DNA from: Deltaproteobacteria bacterium
GTDB taxonomy: Bacteria > Desulfobacterota > Desulfobaccia > Desulfobaccales > 0-14-0-80-60-11
NCBI GenBank assembly: GCA_003599195.1
Contig: QZIZ01000066.1
Coordinates: forward strand, 1,961 to 65,960
Direction: 5' to 3'
Length of the DNA: 64,000 bases
This document shows positions 9,228-17,667 of this stretch, piece after piece. The translations under genes and the position numbers were made by a program. Position 1 is the stretch's first letter, and each line of letters begins with the position of its first letter. The notes beneath the pieces were generated by a model. The model was not told where the DNA came from and made no database searches. It was given only the letters and a program-made list of their open reading frames with translations.

Positions 9228-10055
9228 ATGAAACGTTTTCTCGTTTTGGCAATCCTGCAATGTTTAATCTTCGGGACCGTGTCTTGGGCCCAGTTAACCC
9301 CGACTGTGGTTGATATACCTACCCGTCCCGGGGTCACGCAGCGCTTTTTGTTAGTTGGTCAAGTTAATCCCAAAGCTGCAGTAATCCTTTTCGCAGGCGG
9401 CCACGGAGGACTCCAGATTCAGCCGGATGGCAGCTTCCTTTGGGGGGCAGAGAACTTCTTGGTGCGTACCAGGGAAATGTTCGCAGCCCAAGGCTTGCTG
9501 GTTGCGGTAGTAGATGCTCCTTCTGACCGCCAAAGTCCCCCGTACTTGAGCGGGTTTCGCCAGACCTCCCAACACGTGGCGGATATCAAGGCGGTCATTG
9601 CCTGGCTGAAACAGCAAGCCCACATACCGGTCTGGTTGGTGGGAACAAGCCGGGGAACACAGTCCGCGGCATTCATCGGAACCCAGCTTCCTTTGGCAGG
9701 CGGCGGTCCGGATGGATTAGTACTTACCTCTACTATCTTGACTGACCCTTACGGGAGAGCTGTTCCCCTCATGGAACTTAATAGAATTGGTGTTCCGGTG
9801 TTGGTTGCGCATCACTTACAGGATGGTTGCTTTTTGTGCCCCTACACCGAGCTCCCCAACCTCATGAACAAGTTGACCGGGGCACCGAAAACAGAACTGC
9901 TCACCTTCGATGGGGGCCAAACTACAGGCGATCCTTGTGAGCCCTGGGCGTATCACGGGTTTAACGGCATTGAGGAGGAGGTTGTCACCAAGATCGCCAA
10001 ATGGATAACGACGAATACCAATATTGTCCCTGTTTATGACGTTCTGCTCGATTAG
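9228..10055 (+). CDS. secreted alpha/beta hydrolase
   Basis: GGAGG lies 8 nt upstream of the ATG at 9228. Signal peptide 'MKRFLVLAILQCLIFGTVSWA'. Nucleophile elbow 'VGTSRGT' (GxSxG). Confidence 0.8.
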   Translation: MKRFLVLAILQCLIFGTVSWAQLTPTVVDIPTRPGVTQRFLLVGQVNPKAAVILFAGGHGGLQIQPDGSFLWGAENFLVRTREMFAAQGLLVAVVDAPSDRQSPPYLSGFRQTSQHVADIKAVIAWLKQQAHIPVWLVGTSRGTQSAAFIGTQLPLAGGGPDGLVLTSTILTDPYGRAVPLMELNRIGVPVLVAHHLQDGCFLCPYTELPNLMNKLTGAPKTELLTFDGGQTTGDPCEPWAYHGFNGIEEEVVTKIAKWITTNTNIVPVYDVLLD

Positions 10056-10126
10056 AGACAAAATCTCGTCCCGAATGAACAAATAAGGAATATTCCTGCA
10101 ACCACTGGGTTCCTTGAGTTTTTATT

Positions 10127-10531
10127 TTAACCCTTTGATTCGGTCCCAGATTGGTACCAAAATGACGCGACCATGCCCCAAACAAAGTTCAAAAGAACTA
10201 CTAAGAAAGGAGTTAACGTACCGAACCCAAGCCCGAGGATGCCTTTACCCATGGAGGGAAACATCATGAACAGAACCATGGCCGAGGGGCCGAGGCTGAA
10301 GAGTATTCCTCTTAAGAACAGGCGGCTCTGTAATACCGGGAGCAGAAACATCAGACCCCAAATACCGCCCCATACCAGCCTGGGATAGAGCCAGGAGGCA
10401 GTGAAATCCGGCTGCAAACCGACGCCGATAAAGGAAGTTATGCCGGCCTTCCCCAAAACCCAGATGTTGAAGCTGTCTACCAGAGCTCCTATGGCCCCGC
10501 CAGTGTAAGCAGAACTCAGTTTTCTCACCAT
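10127..10531 (-). CDS. small polytopic membrane protein, unknown function
   Basis: Four hydrophobic segments rich in Gly/Trp. The start is uncertain (ATG 10531 or GTG 10549) and there is no clear SD. Confidence 0.5.
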   Translation of the reverse strand: MVRKLSSAYTGGAIGALVDSFNIWVLGKAGITSFIGVGLQPDFTASWLYPRLVWGGIWGLMFLLPVLQSRLFLRGILFSLGPSAMVLFMMFPSMGKGILGLGFGTLTPFLVVLLNFVWGMVASFWYQSGTESKG

Positions 10532-10788
10532 AATTAGACCCCAGGACACCGAATGTGCTTGACCCTTTCTTCTTGCCCGTCTTCAAGACCCCGGGGCTGG
10601 TGAAATGGCCTAGCGAAAAGTTAAGTTCTTTCAAAGACCTTTCAATTTACACCAAAATATTTCCAAGTCCGGGCCTGAATATCTTCCAGGCATTGATATG
10701 CTTTAAGCCTATAAATGAGGGGCGGCTCACGCCACAGGCAAGCCGCCCCTTTAAGGGTTTACCTCAGTCAACTTAGCCGCAGATCAGC

Positions 10789-11031
10789 CTATTTTTGCTC
10801 CGGCTGGGCTTGCGGCTGCTGCGGCATCATGGGGCAATTCTGCCGCCACTGGGCCATCCTCTCCTGCATCTGCTTCATTTGCTCCGGGGTCATCTGCTTC
10901 TGCATCATCATCATGCAGGGGCACATCATCATGGGACCGGTCTGGGGTTGCTGGGGCTGTTCTTGAGCCATGGCCGCCACCGACCCCAAGATTAAGGTTA
11001 ACAACAGGATTAAGGTTATTCCTTTTTTCAT
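10789..11031 (-). CDS. exported Met/Gln/Cys-rich small protein (CPC and CPM motifs, LTxxQ-like 'MTPEQMKQMQ')
   Basis: AAGGAG lies 7 nt before the ATG. Signal peptide 'MKKGITLILLLTLILGSVAAMA'. The mature ~58 aa contain 'MMMCPCMMMMQ' and 'NCPMMP'. Confidence 0.7.
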   Translation of the reverse strand: MKKGITLILLLTLILGSVAAMAQEQPQQPQTGPMMMCPCMMMMQKQMTPEQMKQMQERMAQWRQNCPMMPQQPQAQPEQK

Positions 11032-11068
11032 GGTCGATCTCCTTGTTAATTTGGACTTAGCTTAAAGT

Positions 11069-11377
11069 TTAGTACCAAGAGCAGCCCATCCGATGAGGGC
11101 CGCTGTAGCCTTGTTGCCCGTAGTCCCAGGAACCGCGGTGTCCACCTCTCTTAAAGGAGTTGGTCTTATAACCGGGTTTGGGAGAATTGGTCATATTAGG
11201 ATAGCCGGTTCCCATGGGACAATAATACCCTGTCTGGGGAGGGACGTTGTTGTAGGCGCTGGCCGGATTATCAACCGGGGTGACATTTTGGGCTTGCGCC
11301 GCCGGGCTGAAACCGGCTGTCAAGGCCGCAGAAACCAGTAGTAACAGCATGCTTATAAACCAAATGCGTTTGCTCAT
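11069..11377 (-). CDS. exported Gly/Tyr/Pro-rich small protein with CPM motif
   Basis: GAAGGAG precedes the ATG at 11377. Signal peptide 'MSKRIWFISMLLLLVSAALTAGFSPAAQA'. 'YYCPMGTGYP' and C-terminal 'HRMGCSWY'. Confidence 0.6.
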   Translation of the reverse strand: MSKRIWFISMLLLLVSAALTAGFSPAAQAQNVTPVDNPASAYNNVPPQTGYYCPMGTGYPNMTNSPKPGYKTNSFKRGGHRGSWDYGQQGYSGPHRMGCSWY

Positions 11378-11556
11378 GATGGTATTCTCCTTCATATCTT
11401 GAGCTTGTATAAGGCCCAATATTTCCCGCCCCATCAATGATCGCGCAGGGGCAGCAATATACCAGGGCGATTCTCTTTGAGGTGAAAGACACCTCAAGAA
11501 CCTTTGAACGTTAAGAATTTAAACGAACTGCGAGATTACAAAGATAAGAGATGGGC

Positions 11557-11820
11557 TTAGGTCCGGGGAGGATGAAAAATTGCGAAGCAAACTTGCTTGG
11601 GAGTCGTCTCGATTATGGAGGGAGAATAAGGCGATTCAGCCAAATCTTGGACGATGGTGTTATCAGTGCTTATGGACGGAATACAGCAAACCGTCATGGG
11701 ACATTGGCTACAATCCAGGCAGCAGGCGGTTGCTTCGGACACCGCCAGTATCAGCGGGAAGGTCACCGCCAAGAGAAGCACTGCCACCTTAAGTAACCGA
11801 TGTCCTCGGAGATGCCTCAT
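11557..11820 (-). CDS. possible membrane-anchored Cys-rich small protein ('ACCLDCSQCPMTVCC')
   Basis: ORF with one hydrophobic helix followed by a 7-Cys cluster. No convincing SD, so coding status is uncertain. Confidence 0.3.
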   Translation of the reverse strand: MRHLRGHRLLKVAVLLLAVTFPLILAVSEATACCLDCSQCPMTVCCIPSISTDNTIVQDLAESPYSPSIIETTPKQVCFAIFHPPRT

Positions 11821-11912
11821 GTGGATATTGTAATTTCCAGAAGATTAAAAGGCAAGGCATAAAAATGTCCGGTAATTATTTTTCCTCAATTTCACCTACG
11901 GGGACCGGAGAC

Positions 11913-12710
11913 CTAAATTAGGGGCAAAAGCACCCGCAGCGCCGCGGCCAGCCGCGCCGCCGCCAAAGCGCTCCGGCGCCAGAGGTGGAGCATCGCCCCC
12001 AGCCGCCGGGGGTCCCCGGCCAGCCAACCCATGGCTTTTGTCAACCCCGGGCCGTATCCCGGCTCCCAGCCCTCCCGGATAAAATCCGGAATCTCCTCGC
12101 CCCCGGTGTCGGTGATCACCCGCAGGGCCAGAAAGGGTATTCCCGCGGCCCCGGCCACTGCGGCCAGGGCTGCGGTCTCCAGGTCCAGCACCGGCTGCGG
12201 CAGAGGCCGCAGCGGCCCCCCCTGGCGGCCTTTATGGAGGATGCCCGGCGTGGTGACGCAACTGCCCAGGGCCGCGGGCAATCCCGCCGTGGTCAGCTGC
12301 GCCGCCAGTGCCGCTAACGGCCGGGGCGGGGCCGGAGCCGCCACTTCTTCCAGCCTGCCGTTTTGAGGATCGTAATGGCGGAACGACTCCCCCAAGACCA
12401 GATGCCCGGGGGCTAATCCCGGGAGCAGGGCGCCGCTGAACCCCAGGGAAACGAGAATCCGAGGCTGCCAGAGAGCCACCGCCCCTTCAGCTGCCGCGGC
12501 TGCGGCCTCTTCCCCCATGCCGGTTAAGGCCAGCACTCCCCTGCCCTCCCCCAGGGAAAATTCCCAGGCAGGCAGGCCCACCCCTTGCAGCCGCCGGGCC
12601 TTAACCCGGCGCAAAAAAGGCCGCACTTCCAGAGGCAGTGCGGCCAGCAAGGCCAAACGGCAAGGGCGGGCGCCGCCGGCGGCGGCCCCCCCTCGGGAAT
12701 CTGAAAACAT
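11913..12710 (-). CDS. nucleoside phosphorylase-family protein (PNP_UDP_1; MTA/SAH nucleosidase, futalosine hydrolase or HpnG-like)
   Basis: 'LDLETAALAAVAGAAGIPFLALRVITDTGGEEIP' and 'SLGFSGALLPGLAPGHLVLGE' resemble the phosphorylase fold blocks. The start overlaps the upstream stop (ATGA). Confidence 0.7.
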   Translation of the reverse strand: MFSDSRGGAAAGGARPCRLALLAALPLEVRPFLRRVKARRLQGVGLPAWEFSLGEGRGVLALTGMGEEAAAAAAEGAVALWQPRILVSLGFSGALLPGLAPGHLVLGESFRHYDPQNGRLEEVAAPAPPRPLAALAAQLTTAGLPAALGSCVTTPGILHKGRQGGPLRPLPQPVLDLETAALAAVAGAAGIPFLALRVITDTGGEEIPDFIREGWEPGYGPGLTKAMGWLAGDPRRLGAMLHLWRRSALAAARLAAALRVLLPLI

Positions 12711-13447
12711 CAGGGTTTGGGTGCGGGCAATGACCTGCCCGGACTCTCGGTAATGACCACCTCCGCCTCGGGCGCCTCGGGGGCGGCGCCCACCTGGCGG
12801 GGACCCCGCCAGCGGCGGCCCTGGACCAGCATATTCCCGTTCTTGTGCAGCACGGTGCGGTCATCCAGGATGATCAGGCCGAACTTATCGGAAATCTGGG
12901 AATAATACTGATACTTCATGTTCTTCTGATTGAGGCGGTATTTAAAGAACAGGAAGAACACCAGGTAGATGACCACCACGGCCCCCAACCCCGCCAGGGC
13001 GTAGCTCAGGAACAGAAAGGTGTTATAGCCCAGGGAGCTCAGCCAGGCCATGATATGGTTCATATTGAACAGGGCCAGGATGGTTACCAATAGCAGAAAG
13101 AGGATGCCCAGGTAAGGCAGCCGGCGGATCTGCTTCACCAGGGAATCCAGTTGATTGACGCCCGCCTCGGCTTCCTCGCCGGACCCGGGGGACTCCTCCC
13201 CGAGAAAATGGTTGAACCCGGTAATAATGATCCCCATGACAAAGGTAAAGACAATGGGGAAGGCAAAAGCCACAAAGATGTATTCCCGCCACGGAAACGG
13301 GGAATAGACGCGGTGATATTTATCGTCCGAGGCCCAAAGGACCACGACGATGAATATCACGATCTCCAAGATGCCGATTAACTTAAGATAATCGAAAAAG
13401 AGCTTCTTCCGATCAGCCTTTTTAAAGTAATCAGCCAGTTTGGGCAT
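12710..13447 (-). CDS. polytopic membrane protein, unknown function
   Basis: AAGGGGA lies 7 nt before the ATG at 13447. Several TM helices. Translationally coupled to the phosphorylase-family gene. Confidence 0.65.
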   Translation of the reverse strand: MPKLADYFKKADRKKLFFDYLKLIGILEIVIFIVVVLWASDDKYHRVYSPFPWREYIFVAFAFPIVFTFVMGIIITGFNHFLGEESPGSGEEAEAGVNQLDSLVKQIRRLPYLGILFLLLVTILALFNMNHIMAWLSSLGYNTFLFLSYALAGLGAVVVIYLVFFLFFKYRLNQKNMKYQYYSQISDKFGLIILDDRTVLHKNGNMLVQGRRWRGPRQVGAAPEAPEAEVVITESPGRSLPAPKP

Positions 13448-13483
13448 AATCAAGTCCCCTTGACGCACTTCAACTTTCATAAC

Positions 13484-13512
13484 AAATTAACAAGTGGTGC
13501 GTCCATAGTCAA
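13484..13512 (-). promoter_or_regulatory. candidate sigma70-type promoter for the 13447 operon
   Basis: Minus strand reads TTGACT (13507-13512), 17 nt spacer, TAATTT (13484-13489), about 35 nt upstream of the ATG at 13447. Confidence 0.35.
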
Positions 13513-13881
13513 TCACTTTTGCAAAATCCGGCCTCCGGTCCCTGGGGGAAAAAGATCGCGTCCCGGCGCCGCAACCGCTCCGATATTCATATCGGCATCA
13601 CGCGGCCCGGACATAAGTTGGGGAATTTCTACAAGAATTCTCTAGGCAGGTTAACAAGAGAAAACGGGAGATTCAGGACGCAACTATCCTTCCGTCTCTC
13701 ATCACCGGGGCCGCGGAGGATCGGGTAGATGGCGGCGGGATTACAGCCGGAAGGTGAGGCGGCAGGGGCTAAAGGCGGACCCCGAGGCCCGCCTTACCCC
13801 TTGCTCAAAATTTTTGCAAGAATATTCTTTTACTTAATGGGGAAACCCGGGAATGCCGGCTCCCGTTTTTGCCCATTATTC

Positions 13882-14091
13882 TTACCGCCCGACTTTTTTG
13901 ACGTTTTGCGCTTGGAGTCCTTTGGCGCCCTGGACTATCTCAAACTCCACCAATTGATCTTCCTGGAGTGTACGGAAACCTTCTTCCTGGATTGCGCTGT
14001 GGTGCACAAAGACATCGGGGCCATCTTCCCGGGAAATGAATCCGAATCCTTTGGAATCATTAAACCACTTCACCTTACCTTGCACCTTCAT
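13882..14091 (-). CDS. cold-shock protein (CspA family)
   Basis: '[14 protein letters not shown]' (RNP1) and 'VFVHHSAI' (RNP2). GGAGGG lies 9 nt before the ATG at 14091; the track start at 14097 is TTG. Confidence 0.95.
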   Translation of the reverse strand: MKVQGKVKWFNDSKGFGFISREDGPDVFVHHSAIQEEGFRTLQEDQLVEFEIVQGAKGLQAQNVKKVGR

Positions 14092-14333
14092 TAACAACTA
14101 CCCTCCATAGGAAATGTTAAAACTTGCCTGCCGGTCGGCCGGCCTCCAGCAGTCAGGCAAAAAAACGGCAACGGTGAAAGCATACCGTTTCCTGTTTAAT
14201 GCAGCGCCGCCACGCCCTGATCTTCAGTCTGACATGCTGTCGCAGAAGTAAATAACCATTAAAAAGCTCAATGTCAATTTAATAAAATTATTATCGGTTC
14301 GAACCTGCTATTACTTTAGAAAAAATACCAGGC

Positions 14334-15407
14334 TCATGAGGGGCGTTCCAGGGGTAAGGTGAAATGGAACGCGGAGCCGTTACCCACCATGCTCTCCACC
14401 CAGATGCGGCCGTCGTGGGCGTCGATAATGCGCTTGACCGTGGCCAGTCCCACTCCAAAACCCCTTTCCTTACCGGCCGCGGCGCCCCGGTGGAAAAATT
14501 CGAAAAGATGCGGCAGGTCTTCCGGAGAGATGCCGGGGCCTTCGTCCCGGACCACGAACTCCACTTCCTTCCCTTTGGCGGTAACTGCGAGAAGCACGGG
14601 GCTCCCGGCGGGGCTGTATTTGATGGCATTCTCCAGGAGGTTTTCCAAAACCCGCCGGAACAACAATGGATCGGCTTGAAGCACCAGGACTTCCGGGGGA
14701 TATTCCGCGGACAGCCGGATCTGTTTGGCTTCCGCCAGAGGAGAGAGCAGGGTTATGATCTCCTGGCATTCTTCCTCCACCTGCACCGCGCTGGGCAACG
14801 GCGTGAGGATGTGCAGATCGAGCCGGGCGAATTCCAGGAAATCATTGATGAGCTTCTCCAGGCGGTGCATCTCCCGGTCGATGGTTTCCAGATAGGACAT
14901 CTGCGCCTCCGGCACCGGCCCGGCCTTTCCTTCCTTGAGACGCCGCACCAACCCGCCCATGCCCACCACCGGGGTCTTTAAATCGTGGGCGAACATGTTC
15001 ACCAGGTGCCGCCGCTCCTGATCCAGGCGCTTGAAAGGGCTCATATCCCGGAAGATCAAGGCCCCACCCTTCAGCGTCCCCCCCTCATCCCTGAAGGCCA
15101 GGCCGCTGAGCAGGATGGGCGTCGGCTCCCCGTCACGGTTATGCAGGATCTCTTCCTTGTCCACCTCCCTGGCGGCCAGTTCCGGCAAGGGGCAGACGGG
15201 ACCGCAGAAGCGGCAGCGGAAGACTTCCATACAGGTCCGCCCCAAGGCTTCTTCCTGGGAATATCCGGTAAGTTTTTCGGCCACGGGGTTGATGTCGGTG
15301 ATGCGCATTTTCCCATCCACTACGATGATGCCCGCGGGCGCGTGGTGCAGAATGAAACTGAGCAACTCCATCTTGGCCGTGCCGGTTGCGGCTGGATCCT
15401 GGGACAT
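14334..15407 (-). CDS. cytoplasmic PAS-domain sensor histidine kinase
   Basis: PAS-like N-terminus, H-box 'FAHDLKTPV', N-box 'LENAIKYS', G-boxes 'VRDEGPGI' and 'GFGVGLATVKRIIDAHDG'. No TM segment. Confidence 0.9.
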   Translation of the reverse strand: MSQDPAATGTAKMELLSFILHHAPAGIIVVDGKMRITDINPVAEKLTGYSQEEALGRTCMEVFRCRFCGPVCPLPELAAREVDKEEILHNRDGEPTPILLSGLAFRDEGGTLKGGALIFRDMSPFKRLDQERRHLVNMFAHDLKTPVVGMGGLVRRLKEGKAGPVPEAQMSYLETIDREMHRLEKLINDFLEFARLDLHILTPLPSAVQVEEECQEIITLLSPLAEAKQIRLSAEYPPEVLVLQADPLLFRRVLENLLENAIKYSPAGSPVLLAVTAKGKEVEFVVRDEGPGISPEDLPHLFEFFHRGAAAGKERGFGVGLATVKRIIDAHDGRIWVESMVGNGSAFHFTLPLERPS

Positions 15408-15498
15408 GCCCAGAATATTATCCCTGAGCCGCTCCTTGTCAAGCGCGGGTTATTACTGCAACCCCCCTGGTTCCGGAGGCAGGTTGGCGCCGGTGCGC

Positions 15499-15720
15499 CT
15501 ATCCCTTGCGCGCCATTTCGCCCCCGCAATGGGGACACCTGCCTTCCTGACAGGGATCTCCGGGGAGCCGCGTAACTTCCCGGCCGCAGGAGGAACAGAC
15601 ACACGTATGAGGAGCTCCGGTGTGTACCCCGGCGCCCCGGGAGTTGCAGCCGCAGCCGCAGCCCTGCCCTTGAGCGCGACCCTGACCCTGACCCTGACCC
15701 ATACCGAATTTAAAAGGCAT
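15499..15720 (-). CDS. small Gly/Gln-repeat plus zinc-ribbon protein
   Basis: 'GQGQGQGRAQGQGCGCGC' followed by 'CVCSSCG...(15)...CPHCGG', a CxxC...CxxC ribbon. It sits directly upstream of the kinase on the same strand. Confidence 0.5.
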   Translation of the reverse strand: MPFKFGMGQGQGQGRAQGQGCGCGCNSRGAGVHTGAPHTCVCSSCGREVTRLPGDPCQEGRCPHCGGEMARKG

Positions 15721-15860
15721 ATTTCCCTCCGGATTCTTATAATGAACTTATGTGCATAATATAACTGCCGGCAGGGACTTTGTCAAGGAATAAATCCGGG
15801 AAAAACCCTGGCCTTGACGGGGAAATTATGATAACTTTCACAATTTACAAGGTGAATAAA

Positions 15861-17264
15861 ATGGCAGAAGTACGCACCCGTTTCTCTCCCAGTCCCACCG
15901 GTTCCCTGCATCTGGGCGGCACCCGCACCGCCCTGTTCAACTGGCTCTTCGCCCGCCATCATGGCGGCGTCTTTATCCTGCGCATCGAAGACACGGACCG
16001 GGAACGCTCCGAAGAGCGCTACGTCCGGGAGATAGAAGAAAGCCTCAAATGGCTGGGCCTAACTTGGGACGAAGGCCCTTTCTTTCAGTCCGAGCGCCTG
16101 CCCCTCTACCGGGAATATATCCAGCGCCTCCTGGACAAAGGGATGGCTTATTATTGCGACTGCGACCCGGCAGACCTGGAGGTCCGCCGCAAAGAGGCCC
16201 TGGCCCGGGGGGACAAGCCCAAGTACGACGGCCGCTGCCGGGAGCGGGGCTTGAAAGCCGGCCCCCATTCCGCGGTGCGCTTCAAGACCGCCCAGGACGG
16301 CGCCACCCGCTGGCATGACCGGGGCAAAGGGCCCATCTCCTTTGACAACCGGGAATTGGACGACCTGGTGATCCAACGGGCCGACGGCATCCCCACCTAC
16401 AACTTCGCGGTGGTGGTGGACGACATCACCATGGGGGTGACCCACGTCATCCGGGGGGAAGATCACATCCCCAACACGCCCAGGCAGATCCTCATCTACC
16501 AGGCCCTGGGCGCGGCTTTGCCGGAATTCGCGCACATGACCGTGACCCTGGCCAAGGACGGGGGCAAGCTCTCCAAACGCCGGGGCGCCATTCCCATCCT
16601 GGCCTACCGGGACCGGGGGTATCTCCCCCAGGCCCTGGTCAATTACATGGTGCGCCTGGGCTGGGCCCACGGCGACCAGGAGATTTTCAGCCGGGAAGAA
16701 CTGATCAAATATTTCTCCCTGGAACATATGAGCAAATCCCCCGGGGTTTACGACGAAGAAAAGCTATTGTGGCTCAACAGCCACTATATCAAGGAGACGC
16801 CGCTCCCCGAGCTGGCCCGGCTGCTGCTGCCCTTTCTCGAAGGCCTGGGCTTCAAGGCGCCTGATTTGGACTACGTCGCCCGGGTGGCGGGTACCCTGAA
16901 TACCCGCAGCAAAACCCTGGTGGAGATGGCGGACGCGGCCCGCTTCTATTTTGCAGACCCCCGGCCTTACGAGGAGAAGGGCGCCAGGAAATTTTTGGCT
17001 CCGGAGAACGCGCCCCGCGTGGAGGAAATCAAGAAACGGCTGGAGGCCATGGCGGATTTCTCCGAGGAGGCCCTGAATCAGCTCTTCCAGGATTTGACCA
17101 GCGAAACCGGCCTGAAGATGGTGCAACTGGCCCAACCCGTGCGCCTGGCCCTGACCGGCAAGACCGTGAGCCCCGGTCTTTTTGACATCATCAGCATTTT
17201 GGGCAAGGAAGAGGTATTAAAAAGGTTGAATCTGGTCCTGGATTTCATTTATAAGAAGCAATGA
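15861..17264 (+). CDS. gltX: glutamyl-tRNA synthetase
   Basis: 'RFSPSPTGSLHLGGTRTAL' (HIGH-type) and 'GGKLSKRRG' (KMSKS-type). ATG at 15861, downstream of the track start. Confidence 0.95.
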   Translation: MAEVRTRFSPSPTGSLHLGGTRTALFNWLFARHHGGVFILRIEDTDRERSEERYVREIEESLKWLGLTWDEGPFFQSERLPLYREYIQRLLDKGMAYYCDCDPADLEVRRKEALARGDKPKYDGRCRERGLKAGPHSAVRFKTAQDGATRWHDRGKGPISFDNRELDDLVIQRADGIPTYNFAVVVDDITMGVTHVIRGEDHIPNTPRQILIYQALGAALPEFAHMTVTLAKDGGKLSKRRGAIPILAYRDRGYLPQALVNYMVRLGWAHGDQEIFSREELIKYFSLEHMSKSPGVYDEEKLLWLNSHYIKETPLPELARLLLPFLEGLGFKAPDLDYVARVAGTLNTRSKTLVEMADAARFYFADPRPYEEKGARKFLAPENAPRVEEIKKRLEAMADFSEEALNQLFQDLTSETGLKMVQLAQPVRLALTGKTVSPGLFDIISILGKEEVLKRLNLVLDFIYKKQ

Positions 17265-17335
17265 TACAGTTTTTAGTTTTTAGTTTTATCGCCCCAAAGG
17301 CATCCGGCTCGATAATTCCCAAGGAGGTTTTGTAT

Positions 17336-17551
17336 ATGGCTCATCATGCCGAACATCACGGGGAGGAAAAAACCGCCCCCTACCGTAAAAAACAGGCCAT
17401 GCTTTGCATCCTGGTTTTCATCTGCATCGCTGCGGCCTTCTGGAGCGGCAGCCCCGCGGGCGCGGTAATCGCCATCATGGCTGCCTGCGGCATCTGTTTC
17501 TGGGCCTCGACCATGGAGCCGGAAAAGGCCCCGGACGAACACCATCATTGA
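17336..17551 (+). CDS. small two-TM protein with His-rich termini
   Basis: AAGGAGG lies 7 nt before the ATG. 'MAHHAEHHGEE...' N-terminus, '...PDEHHH' C-terminus, Cys-containing TM helices. Confidence 0.55.
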   Translation: MAHHAEHHGEEKTAPYRKKQAMLCILVFICIAAAFWSGSPAGAVIAIMAACGICFWASTMEPEKAPDEHHH

Positions 17552-17648
17552 GAAGGTTAAAAGGGGAAAAGGTTAAGAGGCGAAAAGGATTGTAGAATCA
17601 GTTCTTCCTTTCCCTTTTCCCCCTTTCCCCCTTTCCCCTTTTCACCCA
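17552..17648. repeat. purine-word hairpin (GGGGAAAAGG / CCTTTTCCCC words)
   Basis: gaaggttaaaaggggaaaaggttaagaggcgaaaagg pairs with cctttcccttttccccctttccccctttccccttttcacc. Confidence 0.55.
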
Positions 17649-17667
17649 CCCCCACTGGAGGGAAGCC

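Noticed and set aside
13729-14094. 121-aa plus-strand ORF overlapping the cold-shock gene.
   Set aside because: It is antisense to an unmistakable CspA-family gene that has a strong SD, and it has no motif or SD of its own.
14291-14310. T-loop-like GGTTCGA motifs (14296, 54306) and GGTTCAAAT (23973) considered as possible tRNA genes.
   Set aside because: The flanking sequence gives no complementary T-stem, acceptor stem or anticodon arm.
15780-15860. Extended N-termini in the ORF track, e.g. 15780 for gltX, 23028 for the dioxygenase-like gene, 51605 for DUF2092, 30474 for leuA, 11497, 56038 and 38051.
   Set aside because: The track uses the most upstream alternative start codon. Internal ATGs preceded by clear SD sequences and followed by family-typical N-termini or signal peptides fit better.
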